Positions 14,460 through 27,003 of a stretch of DNA of 64,000 nucleotides are shown one piece after another. The DNA is from Octopus vulgaris. Lineage: Eukaryota. The stretch is from contig OX597819.1 in NCBI GenBank assembly GCA_951406725.2, positions 2,418,001-2,482,000 of the forward strand, in the 5' to 3' direction. The position numbers and the translations under genes were made by a program. A model generated the notes under the pieces. That model saw nothing but the letters and a program-made list of their open reading frames with translations. It ran no database searches and had not been told where the DNA came from. How positions within the stretch are numbered: the first letter of the stretch is position 1; each line of letters starts with the position of its first letter.

Positions 14460-14595
14460 TTCAAATTTTGCCGAGATCGACTTTGCCTTTCATTCCTATG
14501 GAGTCGATGAAATGATTACCAGTTGAGCAGTAGGACCAATGTAATCGACTAGCCACTCCCACAAAATTTGAGGCCTTGGGACTATAGTAGAATTA
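14460..14595 (+). mobile_element. SINE family B, 5'-truncated
   Basis: ttcaaattttgccgagatcgactttgcctttcattcc...gtcgatgaaa...ccag core; ends in an (ATT)n tail. Confidence 0.7.
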
Positions 14596-15750
14596 TTATT
14601 ATTATTAAATCAATAAGATGTACTTTGAGATCGATTTGAGCTATTTCTACTCGCTCATAGGACTGCAAAGATGCTCCTAGTTGTTTCTGTTATTATTGCT
14701 ATATAAATGCCGTTGTTGGTTGGATGTTTTTACTTCTAGTGTCGTTGTCTCTTGGATGTTTGCTATGTATTTTGTGAGTTTTGTGTTTGTCTGGATGCTA
14801 GCGTACTGACTGCTTTTGTTTTGTCTACGATTTAATATTATCCCATAATAAATAGAGACAGGAGCTTTCTTTAATTATATTTCGGTGTTTGAGAAAGAAT
14901 TGGTCTTGATATATTTGGTTCCACATCAAATACGATCCAGTTATGGCCATCCCAAAGAACTACCAACAAGCTAAAATATAAACTTAAAACTCAGAAAACA
15001 TGCATTAGGCAGCGAATGAGTGGATAGGTTTAGTGAATCATGGCAATCCCAAATAGCAATATTGCTTGGGGATATACATAAATTTCTAACAAAACATTAA
15101 AAACAAAACTTAATAGCTCTAATAAATCTGATACCGTAAAAGTATTAAAATTGTAGAATTCTATTGTCTCCAGACCATTTTCTACAAGAATTTGATGGCT
15201 CTAGAAATTATCATAGAAATTTCACCTTCCGTAAAATTATTATAATACACACTTTAATTTGACCTCCATATTCCAGTTGGGTTCAAGACGCATTGCACAT
15301 TCTTTAAAATGTGAAGAGATTCTTTTGTAATAGGTATTCCTGCATCATTAGCTTAATTCATAATATGACGTCAGCAACCAAACGTGACAGTGCCAATATA
15401 CTTATTGCACTAAACATTAATATGAACAGAGAAGAATAATTACGTTAATGTCTAGCTTCCATTTAGATTTTAATTATCACTGGGATATATAGAATTTTCT
15501 ATAGCATCATCAAGTATATTGAGATCAGAAATACTCTCTGGTATCTAATGACATACGATATTTTTGCGTTAGAGTGAATATAATATGTATATTTTTATAT
15601 CTAATCGAAGAGAATAAAAATATGGATATATATATATATATACATACTTTTATATATATATATATATATAGGGAGAGAGAGAAACAATCGTATGTTAAAT
15701 ACCATACAACAAAATTCTTTATATATACACACACACATGCGTGTGTGTGC

Positions 15751-16752
15751 GTTATATAAAATGAGACAACAAAACCAAGGCTGTGTGGAATTTAAAGGTT
15801 TAAAGAACATTTTAAAGAAAAGTAGTCTTACAGCTGTTCCTGGGATATTAAGAATATCCCTTCATCAGAGACGATATGAGAGAGTTAACTAGAGAGAGAT
15901 AGCAGAGTTCGCTATAAAGAGTTATTTTGGAAAAGGATGGATATAGGAAGTATAAAGGGAAATAAGGGATATAGGAAGTATAAAAGGAAATAAAAATAAA
16001 AGTAAAAACATATGTAGAATGTTAATGTTATCCAAGGAAATTGCTGTGTAGAATGGGTAGAAATTCTTCTTGTCCATGAAATATAGATGCCGATAGGAGT
16101 TCATATTTTGTTATTACAAGTAGACAATATGGAGACCATTTAAAGGGATCTTGTGGTGTGAATGAAATTTTGAGAATGTACTGGCAGGGGTAAGTAGATA
16201 GAGAGAAGAGAATAGATATGTATATTAGGAGGAGAATGATATTAGTCAAAAGGAAAAGAGAAGGAAAGAAAGAAAGAAAGAAAGAAGGAAAGAAAGAAGG
16301 AAGGAAAGAAAAAAAGAAAGAAAAAGGAAGACAAATGAAAAAGGAATGTTAGATGGTGGTCAATATATTGTGAGGGGATGAGAAAGGAGAGCTATCAGGA
16401 TAAAAGGAATAGGGGAGGGGAATAGAAGGAAGGGATAAGAATGTAAGGAAGGAATATGTGAGAAGTGGGAGGTGGGGTGATATATTTGAAAGGTACTAAG
16501 GTGGGGAGATAGGTAAAGAAAAATGGTACGGGGGTGTACTAAAGTGAGTAGTAAATTTCAAAATGGAAGGGAAGACTAAGATATAACGGTCAAGTTTCTA
16601 AAAATAGACGTAGGTATTAATTATACGAGCTAAAGTGATAGTGGTGGGTTGATAAAGGGATAGATGTGTATATAGATATACACACGCGCGCGAATACATA
16701 AATATAAAGGTGTATATGCACAGCCTTGGTTTGTTGTCTCATTTTAATTAAC
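15751..16752 (-). mobile_element. Non-autonomous inverted-repeat-bounded element carrying a hammerhead-like motif (probably Penelope-derived)
   Basis: About 34-bp inverted ends (aaaatgagacaac..aaaccaaggctgtg / cacagccttggtttgttgtctcatttt); hammerhead motif at 15825-15872. Confidence 0.55.
15825..15872 (-). ncRNA. Minimal type-I hammerhead ribozyme motif, slightly degenerate
   Basis: Minus strand: GTCT-CTGATGA-A-GGGATATT-CTT-AATATCCC-A-GGAAC-AGCT-GTA-AGAC. Stems I and II pair; GGAAC replaces GAAAC; stem III is the palindrome ACAGCTGT. Confidence 0.65.
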
Positions 16753-16882
16753 ATATACATACTCACACAAGACCCGCATTGGACTCCTCATATTATTGTC
16801 GAACAGAGTCTAAATACGGCCCTCCCTTAGCACTTACATAGCCTTACCTGTCATCTTGGATCCTCTGGATACCAATACCTCT

Positions 16883-16951
<69 letters not shown>

Positions 16952-16980
16952 TTACGCAAAAAATTATATATATATATATA

Positions 16981-17431
16981 GAATTTTTTGCGTAATGAGA
17001 TTAAAAAAAAACCAAGGCTGTGTAGATATTAGAGAACCAGCAATGACCAAGTTTTAAAACTGCAGAATCTCACTCATAAGGGAATCTTACATTGCTTATA
17101 AACTCTATATTTGGAAGGACTCATTTAAAACTCTGTTGGATTTTTTAACTTTACTCATAGGATATTGGAATATTGCATATATACCATTCTGCGTAAAAAA
17201 TGGAATTACAACTTCAATACCCATACATATCTTACATCTATTTCTTTCCTCCACCTCACTCTCTATTTTATATCACATCTAAACTAACTATGACTTAATC
17301 ATCCTCTCACACCGTCTCCGATGAAGGGATATAATTAATAAGTATCTTGGAAGCAGCTGTAAGACCTTCTATCTATAAATGTTCTAATATCTCCACAGCC
17401 TTGGTTTTTTATCTCATTTCGCAAAAAATTC
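16981..17431 (+). mobile_element. Second member of the same inverted-repeat/hammerhead element family
   Basis: About 55-bp inverted ends (gaattttttgcgtaatgagat...aaccaaggctgtgtagatattag / ctaatatctccacagccttgg...atctcatttcgcaaaaaattc), preceded by (TA)n. Hammerhead motif at 17314-17365. Confidence 0.6.
17314..17365 (+). ncRNA. Degenerate minimal hammerhead ribozyme motif
   Basis: GTCT-CCGATGA-AGGGATA..TATCTTG-GAAGC-AGCT-GTA-AGAC. Homologous to 15825-15872, with two core substitutions. Confidence 0.55.
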
Positions 17432-17439
17432 TTATATAC

Positions 17440-19270
17440 ACGCGCTGACATAGAACCAACGTTGAATCCAAACAAAACGAAGAAAAAACACAAGAAAAAT
17501 GCAACAATGTAAGTACGTGGTACATGCAGTGTATTAAAAGACGCTCAGGGAAGGAAAGAAAGGGTGTTTTACGTTTCGAGCAAAGCTCTTCTTCAGAAAC
17601 AGGAGACAGAGGTAAGTCCAAAAGAAAAGGAGGGTTGAGGGGAAAAATCGCCAACAATTCACATGTAGTTACATTTTGGAAGGACCGGAAAGGAACGGAC
17701 GAAGAAAAAGTACTTTTAAGACAGATGAGTGCAAGAGAAGGAGGTTTCTGTGTATGAGTGGGTATATGAGCACGTGCCTGTGTGTGTGTGTGTGTGTGTG
17801 TAATAGCATGTGTGTATGTGTGCGTGTGTGTGTAATAGCATGCGTGTGTATATGTGTGTGTGTGTGTATGTGTTAGAGATCATTGTGCCTGCCAATGTTG
17901 TAGAAAGAATTCAGCAGCTGCGGGGACAGAAGTGGTAATCTTTTGCGTAGTTGTGTTTTTGGTCAGTGGCAGGGTGTTTGACAGGCAGTCAGAAGGGCTG
18001 TATGTGTGTGTATGTATGCGTGTGCATGTATGTGTATGTTGTGTGTGTTCTGTGCGTGTGTTTATGTGCGTGTGTGTATGTGTGAGTGGTTGTATATATA
18101 GTGTCTGTATGTGTGTGCATGTATCTACATATTGTATGTGTGTGTTGTGTGTAGGAGGTATATGTGCGTTCATGTATGTGTGCGTGTGTGGGTGTTTGCG
18201 TGTATATATGAGTGTGTGCATGTGCGCGTGTCTCTATATGCATGTGTGTATGAGAGTGTGTGCGTAGGGTTGTGTGTGAAGGTAAATGTGCGTTCCTGTG
18301 TGCGTGCGCATGTGTGTATGCGTATGTGTATGTGTGTGCGCGTGTATGGTACGTGTGTGTATGTGTATGCATGTATGTGTATGTTGTGTATGTCTATGAT
18401 GTGTGTTAGAGGTATATGTGCGTTCATGTGTGTGCGTACGTATATGTGTGCGTCTGTGAGTGAGTGTGTAGATATAAAAATAAAATAAAATAGAGAAAAA
18501 TAATAGAGAAAAAAGAGAAAAATACAAGCTGGAAAAATTAAATTAATAAATAAAAAATGAAAATTAAAAAGATAAATTAGAACTTAATACAATTATGAAA
18601 AAAAAAGAAAACTAAATGGAGATAATAAATAAATAAGATAAAATAAAAGGATCAAATTAAACAATTACGACAGGGAAAATGATTTTAAAAAATTCATTAA
18701 AAACGAATAAAAGTGTAAAACAGCGAGTGAATATAAGATAGAATAAAAAGTTATTTTCTTAACGAGGTTGTAAAGACAGTCATTGAGAGGAGGGCGTTGT
18801 GTTGAGTTCGCAAGGTGTTTGTGCTTGCAGACTGAAAATATAACGCTGTTCCAGGCGGAGTCGAGAGTTGATGGATCCGTGGTGCAGGGTGAGGTCGAAG
18901 ACGGAGCGAGGCCAGGCGAAAATGACGGGCGACGGGAGTGTTCGCACGTAGCCGAACATCTCGTAGGTGTTCGGTGAACCGGTCGGGCCAACCAGCAGCC
19001 CGTCTGACCAACGTAGAATTTGTTGCAGAAATTGAATCCGAAAGAAACTGAAAGAAGTGCAGGAGGAGTTTCTAATGTGGAGGGTGTTCTGGTTGGATAC
19101 AATGGGGGAGGCGGTGTTGGTGATAAAAGGACAGGCGTAGTAGCGGGATCTAGAGCAAGAGAAGGATCCGGGTTCGATTGGGACGGGAGCGGGGAAGGTG
19201 CTACGGACCAGTAGATCGTGTAAGGTTACAGACGCGTCAAAGGAGGGCAAGGGTGGGTTAGGGGACCAGT
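17440..19270 (-). mobile_element. 3' portion of a Penelope-like element (GIY-YIG remnant, TG-rich spacer, terminal repeat with hammerhead)
   Basis: CNKFYVGQTG...RFTEHLRDVR...PVARHF GIY-YIG remnant at 18750-19270; hammerhead downstream on the same strand. Continuity across the TG-rich tract is inferred. Confidence 0.65.
17565..17601 (-). ncRNA. Minimal type-I hammerhead ribozyme with intact catalytic core
   Basis: Minus strand: TGTTT-CTGAAGA-A-GAGC-TTT-GCTC-GAA-ACGT-A-AAACA. Perfect 5-bp stem I, 4-bp stem II, CUGANGA and GAAA core, GUA cleavage triplet, palindromic ACGT stem III. Confidence 0.75.
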
Positions 19271-19275
19271 GTATA

Positions 19276-19314
<39 letters not shown>

Positions 19315-19316
<2 letters not shown>

Positions 19317-19639
19317 CAAATAAGAAAATGGAGGAGAACAATAGGTGGTTCATCAACTTTTGGACATTAAAATGTTAACTTATTTATTTATTAAACTGAT
19401 AATTATAATAACATATTATTCTTTGCATATAAGATATAAAATATAGTAATATATAAGGATACCAGTAATTATTATAAAAAACATGGTATCCTAATATATT
19501 TATATATTTTATATTTTATATCTTACATGCAAAGAATAATATGTTATTATAATTATCAGTTTAATAAATAAATAAGTTAACATTTTAATGTCCAAAAGTT
19601 GATGAACCACCTATTGATCGCCTCCATTTTCTTATTGCT
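19315..19639. repeat. Long near-perfect inverted repeat (about 150-bp arms, about 19-nt loop)
   Basis: 19315-19464 is the reverse complement of 19484-19639 (e.g. ataggtggttcatcaacttttggacattaaaatgttaact / agttaacattttaatgtccaaaagttgatgaaccacctat). Confidence 0.9.
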
Positions 19640-20089
19640 CTATAAATTAATGGTAAAATATCTCTTTACCTTCACCCATTTAGTACACTCGGTAATGTAA
19701 TTGTAATGCAATAAAAAACACTTGTTTATTAACAATTGGGTATTCTACCAGCTGTATATTGGATAGATATTATCCCTTAGTGGGTTGGATTCACAACCCC
19801 TAACATTCTTGGAGTTATATATATATATTCAGGATATCATTCAATTGGACTTTTCTAGCAACACTTTCCCTTCCATTTTACCGGGGTCAATAAAAGGTAG
19901 CAATCCGGGGATGTGGGTTCGAAGGTTTGACGAGATTCTTTGCGGTATCTGATCTAGGTTTTTGTGTTCTAACAACAATATATACGATCTGATCAAGTCG
20001 GTGGCTGTTCCAGAGGATAAACTTCAGTGCTGTGAAGATGGGAGATTTTTTGCATAGTCAACCTACTAAAACTCTTACTCATGTCACAA

Positions 20090-20465
20090 GCGTGGCTGTG
20101 TGGTAAGAAGCTTGCTTCCTAACTACATGGTTCCGGGTTCAGTCCCACTGCGTGGCACTTTGGGCAAGTGTCTTGTACTATAGCCTCGTGGATTTGGTAG
20201 ACGGAAACTGAAAGAAACCTGTCGTATGTTTATGTATGTGTATATCTTTGAGTCTGTGTTTGTCCCTCCCCCACCACTACCAGATGTGTTTACGTCCCTG
20301 TAAGTTAGTGGTTCGGCAAAAAGATAGCGATAGAATAAGTACTAGGCTTTAAAAAATAAGTCGTGGGGTCGATTCCATCGACTAAACAAATCCTTCAAGA
20401 CGGTGCTCCAGCATGGCCACAGTCAAATGAGAGAAACAAGTAAAAGAATAAGAGAATAAAAGAAT
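20090..20465 (+). mobile_element. SINE family A
   Basis: Head tggctgtgtggtaagaagcttgcttcc...ggttcagtccc, core, and 3' tail aaggcggtgctccagcatggcc-like ending aagaataa. Confidence 0.9.
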
Positions 20466-22374
20466 GTCTGTTGTGATCGTTGTGCAAAAAGCTCAGTTGC
20501 ACGTTTATACCATCTGGTTGGTATGAATGAAGACTTGAGGAAGCGCTGCCTGACCCTGCCTACCGTCAAGACCCTGCCTACCATCAGATTACTACCTTGT
20601 AATTATTGCTCATTTCCTGCACGGAGGTTCAACAATGTGGATGAGGTTGGAAACGGATGCAGGGAATGTTTTTTTGCCTCTAAACCAGCGAAATGGTATT
20701 AGCGTGGAATTGATCTTCTTGCATAACGATGGTAACAGACAATAGAATATGATAGGATATATTTACATGAATAAACGCTTTTCGTATGTAATTTATTTGG
20801 ACTGTTAAGGAAAGCTTGGAATACGAAGAAACATTTGACTCAGCCTGGTACATAAACACATAGATACACATATATACATTCGTATACACATACGTATAAA
20901 TGCTCGCATATTGGCATATTTGCACTCAGGCCATATATCTTGCCCGTATAGTACAACAGTATTAATAACAAGGGTAAATATATGTTAACATCTTGGATTT
21001 TTAACACTCAGTTTCTAAGAAACTACATTTTAGCACAACATGATTCCCACAGAACTTAAAGGACAACAACATTGAAGCAAATTAGGCATGCAAAAAAAGA
21101 CTATTTTTTTACTGCAACTATGACTGAGTAAAGAAAGTGGGCATTTTTTATGTATTCATGAGGACACACGCCAGAGCAGATCTGTGCAATCTTGTAGATT
21201 TATATATATTATCAAGAAATAACTCAGCAAGAAATAAATTTCGGATTATAAAAATAAACAAAGGTTAATATTCTTAAAACTAGTCTCACACCGTAGAAAT
21301 CTCCATAAATCATACAGTAATCCAAATGACATACTGGCACAATATGTGGGGGCGGTGGATGTGTGTGTGTGTTTATGTATGTATGTACACATATTACTCC
21401 TATAACCCACCAGCAGTATATAAACGTAATCAGTAGAACAATCAAGAGAAAATCCAACCTATCTTCTAATAAAATGGTATTTTATAAGACAACGCCTACA
21501 ATAAAATTGCATTTAAGTCATAAGATTCAAAGTGAAAATTGACTATATCCCTAACTGCTAACAACAAAACATATGTTATAATATGGTTTGCCCTTTCATT
21601 CTCACTCGGCGTTAATTCCAGCATGGTAAAAATTTTCTTAACGTTCAATGACAAAAACTTTTCTTTAAAGTACACATTTAGAAAACTATGTTCATTCCTC
21701 CATTATAATACTGAGAGAAACTGTTCGTGTAAAACACCGACTACCTTCTCTTTAAGATGTCTTTCATTGTAGAAATATTAATTTAAGCTAACCATTATCC
21801 AGAAGAGACAAATAAATATGGATTGGTTTCAAAGGGGGTAGATTTAAATAACTTCCTCGCTCAGATTAATAAAGGGAATGCCTCAAAGCTGTCAAAATAT
21901 ATTTAGCGATTAAAGGAAAAGGTAATAAACTGTGATATGTAAGGGGAATGTTAGATAAATACCATATGAAAAGAAAATAAAGAAACAGAGAGGGAAATCT
22001 CATTCTTCTGAACACACATACACCTAGATACGAAATGTTCAAGAAGTAAAGACACTTTGGAAAATACCTGCCATATTCAAACACGCTAAATCGCTTTAAT
22101 TTCCTATATTAGATTTTTATTTTAAATTTACTAAACATTTTAATAATTTTAGGTTTTAGAAAGTTGTTGGAAATATTTTTGAAAAAAGTTTTTGAGATTT
22201 GGTGTAAAGCGCTGAATGTCTTGCAATATTTCTTCCGGCTCTTTATGCTCTGAATTCAATTTCCATTGCTTAATTGCATCATTGATATTAACTATAAATT
22301 ACAAGTTCTTCACAAAAATGACCACCATTTAGCATTATGTTACTCTTAGAATATTGAATTATTTATATAACATG

Positions 22375-22445
<71 letters not shown>

Positions 22446-25400
22446 TGCATGTATGTATGTATTATGTATTTACGTACGTATGTATGTACACACGCGATCA
22501 TGTATTTTACATGTGGGACAATATTTCAATATTTCAGATTTCAGTTTTGTATCTTTTATTCTTTTTAAGTTCCGTCTGTATTTTCTTATAACTGAAAAAA
22601 AATAAATACCTTCTCAGTTGACACACAACTTCCCAAAGAACCTTAGACCCGTCTTCTATAATCATGCAGACTGAAAAGGAAGCTGAGCTATATGATGTCT
22701 CTAACGAAATCGCACATGCCTGCTCACACACAGTTTATTCAACTTGTTACAAAGTCTTCTTTTGTAACTTCTATAGTCTATGAATCAGTAATGAATATTT
22801 TTTACTCATAAATAGAAAGGGTGGAAGATATTCTTGATGCAGGCTGTATTCTCCGTGTATTTATTTTAATTCGATTTTTTGTATGCTTTTTTCTGTTTCA
22901 TCTCTTTCTAGTGCCAAGGGTCATTGTTTTGTTACTTTGAATAATTTATAACTAAAATTTATACTGTCCATATGGGTACAATGTTATATGAGTAAAACTA
23001 CATCTTGGTACATTGTAATATATGTTTGGCACTTGGCATCCTTTGTACTGGAACAGTAGAGTTCGTACATTTGAGAGGAATAGTTTGCAGAGTTGAAAAG
23101 GAAATATTTAATAGTCTGCACAAACGTGATTAACAAATGCATAATATAAACTTTTTAGATGACAAAGCAATATTTATGCATATCATCAAATAGCTTTCAT
23201 ACTTAACACTCCTAGCTGGCATTTAGATACATTTAGCGTGGTTTGTTCAGTTTGCAGTTATTAGGCCCCGATCTTCGGACTGAAGATATAACTTTCTCTC
23301 TTACTCTCACCAGTCTCGGACTCCATGTAAAAGGTCATGGACACTGTTACTCCTCCTCTGACTGAGTCATGAAAATACAGTCAGAGATTGTACGTTGATA
23401 CCAGGAGTTAAAAATTCTACAACCCCAACAGCTAACACTAATACCTAGAGAAAGATCCTAAAAGTAAGAGACAAATGTCTTTAAAACTATAATCGCAGTC
23501 ACTATATTAAGTCATGACATTATTATGCCACACCTAACTCCGAAATTCCCAAGTTCGCCATATTGAATATAAATTTAACAGAGTAGGAATGAGTTTATTG
23601 TAACGAGAGGAGTTACAAATATTTTCGAGCGGAATAAATTTATATAAATATATCTGTATATAAAATTATAAATCCCATATAAATGAATTTAAATTCCACT
23701 CTTTCAACAACGACAGCTCTTTCTGTCGATTGTGAATCAAATAGATTTTGATATTTTGTCTAAATACCCGAGTTGATTGTTAATTCCTATTATTGAATAA
23801 TATTTTACTTATTATTTGACAAACAATACATTTGTACAAGCACTTTAAGAAATGTACTTATAAAGTGACATGAAGGATTATATTTATATGGTTTCAAGGA
23901 AAATATTGCCGACTTCACTGAAATTTAATAATTCAGTCTTTGAAATGCCATTCAAACATATTTACTTTATATAAAGAATCACGTTTGGATATTTATTTTC
24001 CAGCTAACAAAAAGAAATTATCAAAATTAAATAATTACTTTGTAGTGTATTATTTTTTTAATCTATTACTCTTCTTGAATGAATGAATAATAAAACAACT
24101 ACTCGAAATGATACAGCTACATAGAAAGAGTGAATATTGGAGCTAGACGTTTTAAAAAATTTATTGAATTTAATTTGGAATGATCACTAAAAAGGTAAAT
24201 ATTTCAAAACTCAATGAAGATGCTTTGTTATTGCAAAAATTTTCAGAATCTTTATGAAAGCTCTATGTCAATTGTAAAGATTTCAACGTTGCTTTCTCAC
24301 AATGACATACGGTCACAAATTTGCAGAGGAATTGTTTAATATATTAAATTGAATTCAGTACGTAAGAAGTATATATTTTATCAATTTCTGAGAATGGAAA
24401 TCAAAGTAAAGTATAATTGGAATTTGGTCTCATGTCTTGTATTACCTGCTTATGTTTGACCTATGTATTCCAGTTGTATCAAACAAGAAAGGTTGGCTAT
24501 TTTAAGAGGGAAGACTACGAATATTTGATGGTGACTGCACTGTTTAAAACTGTTTGCAGAAAGTATATGAAATAATTAATGCCACAGTTCAATTTTAATT
24601 TTATTCAATGTATTATGAAAAATCATCTTTGAAAAACTCGTGGATTATAAAGTCATGTGCTCTTTATAACCCAAAATTCCGAGACTTTAATTAAAATACA
24701 TTGATTTGATACTTACTTCTCACATTAAGTTAAATGCTTGTTCGTAACAGATACGTACGTGAAAGTAACGAATCTTTTATTTATTAAAGCATCATTTAAA
24801 CCTATACAATATGTGGATGGTGTATTCCGTTGCCCAAGTGCACTTGTTTTGAATAAGGAATATTTTAACCACGTAAACTAGATTAAGCACATGCTTATTG
24901 AATAGTCTTTTTTAATCGTAAAAAATTTAACATTGCACTAGAGGCCTATTATAAATGTTCATGTTAAGAGTTTTGTGCAGAGGCAGATTTTGTCAGTTGA
25001 ATAAAGGCAATGTATACTTATCCTATCGGTCTTTAATTCAGAGGAAATGGCAAAGCAAAAATTGGTGAAAATTGAACTCGGAATTTAGAAAGACAAAACC
25101 CAAAAATGTTAGATATTTAATTAGAATCTCGAAAATTTCGTAGAAAATAATTTCAAATTGTAGTTTCTATGATATGCGCAAAGTCACACATTTTGGTGGG
25201 CAAGAATTCGTGGATTATATCGACCAGGTATTTGAGGGGTATTATTTTATATAGTCTTAAATAATGAAATGAAAATTCGACGCCAGTGGGAATTGAACAC
25301 AAAACGTAAGGGGATGATAATCTACTGATTCTGTCATCTACCATCACACTGTGTTATAAAGTATGAAAGCATTTTCTGCAATGTTGGTCGTTAAAATACA

Positions 25401-26041
25401 TTTTCTAAAATGTATATATCGCATCCTCCAATAACACTTTCTATAAAAACATATTAATGCTATTAGTGGTATATTTACTCTGTTGGCATTTAGTGAGATA
25501 GAAATCAATAAATTTTTAGGAAAGCTCGCATCCTGTTTAGTCTCAAACATTGTATATGTCAACCTAGAGTTAAAAAGTACGTTGCGCCTTATGTATAATT
25601 CCAAGTATTTTCACTCGACTAGTCACAAGAGAAATTCACGCGGCTTTTAAAGTTCACTTTAATTATTCTATATCATTTTAATATCTTCATTTCGAACTAT
25701 CTGTGAACAATACATGTGTGCATTTAAGGGTGTGTTTGTATGATTGACTACATACACACACAAATACATACAAGCATACATACACACACATACACACACA
25801 CAAACACACACACACATATATATGTATATTATTTTCTTAAAATATTTATCACCCACCTTTGGCGTTTGGAATCGTCCTTGTTATTAATTATCTGCTTTGT
25901 TTTTATTTATGCTACTACCCTCAATTTCTTTATGCTTTCTCTCTCTCTTTATTTTCTCACTCTGCCTTTCTCTATCTCTTTCATACACTCACAAACATAC
26001 TTCCCTCTATCTACTTCTCTCTCCTCTCTCTCTCTCTCTCC

Positions 26042-26086
<45 letters not shown>

Positions 26087-26364
26087 TCTAGTCCTTTTTC
26101 ACTCTTCTCCTACTTTCACTTATAATCTATCATTATTTTATCCAAGATGAAAAACACGCGGAGTAAATCAATTGTCCAGTTTATTATTGTCAAATTTGCA
26201 TAACAAATTCCTCAAAGTTGAATTATCGGACAGGGATCCAGTTAAGAAGAATCATATTTATCGAAGAGTGAGCTGACCAGGAGAACTTCTATTTAGTGTT
26301 TATTAAAGGATTTCCTACTTTTTTCATATGAACTATAAAGTTCTTGCAGAGATATTTAACCATC

Positions 26365-26488
26365 ATGACATCGTTCGTATTCTATATACTTACTTTTTGC
26401 CAAATATTATCGTTCCACCGCTATATCTTCGCTTGTGCTTTCGTACCAAACTGCACGTCATCCTCCAGCATTCTTAAACTAAGAATTG
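26365..26488 (+). CDS. iGluR-family gene, coding exon 1 (signal peptide, start of amino-terminal domain)
   Basis: Candidate acceptor ttcttgcag at 26349; MTSFVFYILTFCQILSFHRYIFACAFVPNCTSSSSILKLRI-G; donor G|gtaagt (phase 1) joins exon 2 to give LRIGLISVG. Confidence 0.7.
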
Positions 26489-26767
26489 GTAAGTTGTTTG
26501 TTTTTCTTATAAATTTCATAAATATGTGTGCGTACACGCAATCAGCTCACACACGCAGTCACTCACATATTGTATAATACGTGGACATATGTTATAGAAA
26601 TGTTACGTTTTAGGGAATGTTTGCCGCGGGCCTGGGCCGTTTTGTGGCAAAGTTGAATGAAATACAAGTCAAATGAAATCAACCCTCTTTTAATCCTCAG
26701 TGATACACGCGAGGGATTATTCTATCCATTTATATGTTTTAAACATATATATATATATACACATATA

Positions 26768-26829
<62 letters not shown>

Positions 26830-26876
26830 TATCTATATATATGAATATATATATATATGAATATCTATATATATGA

Positions 26877-26907
<31 letters not shown>

Positions 26908-26934
26908 TATATATATATACACATATTTATATAT

Positions 26935-27003
<69 letters not shown>

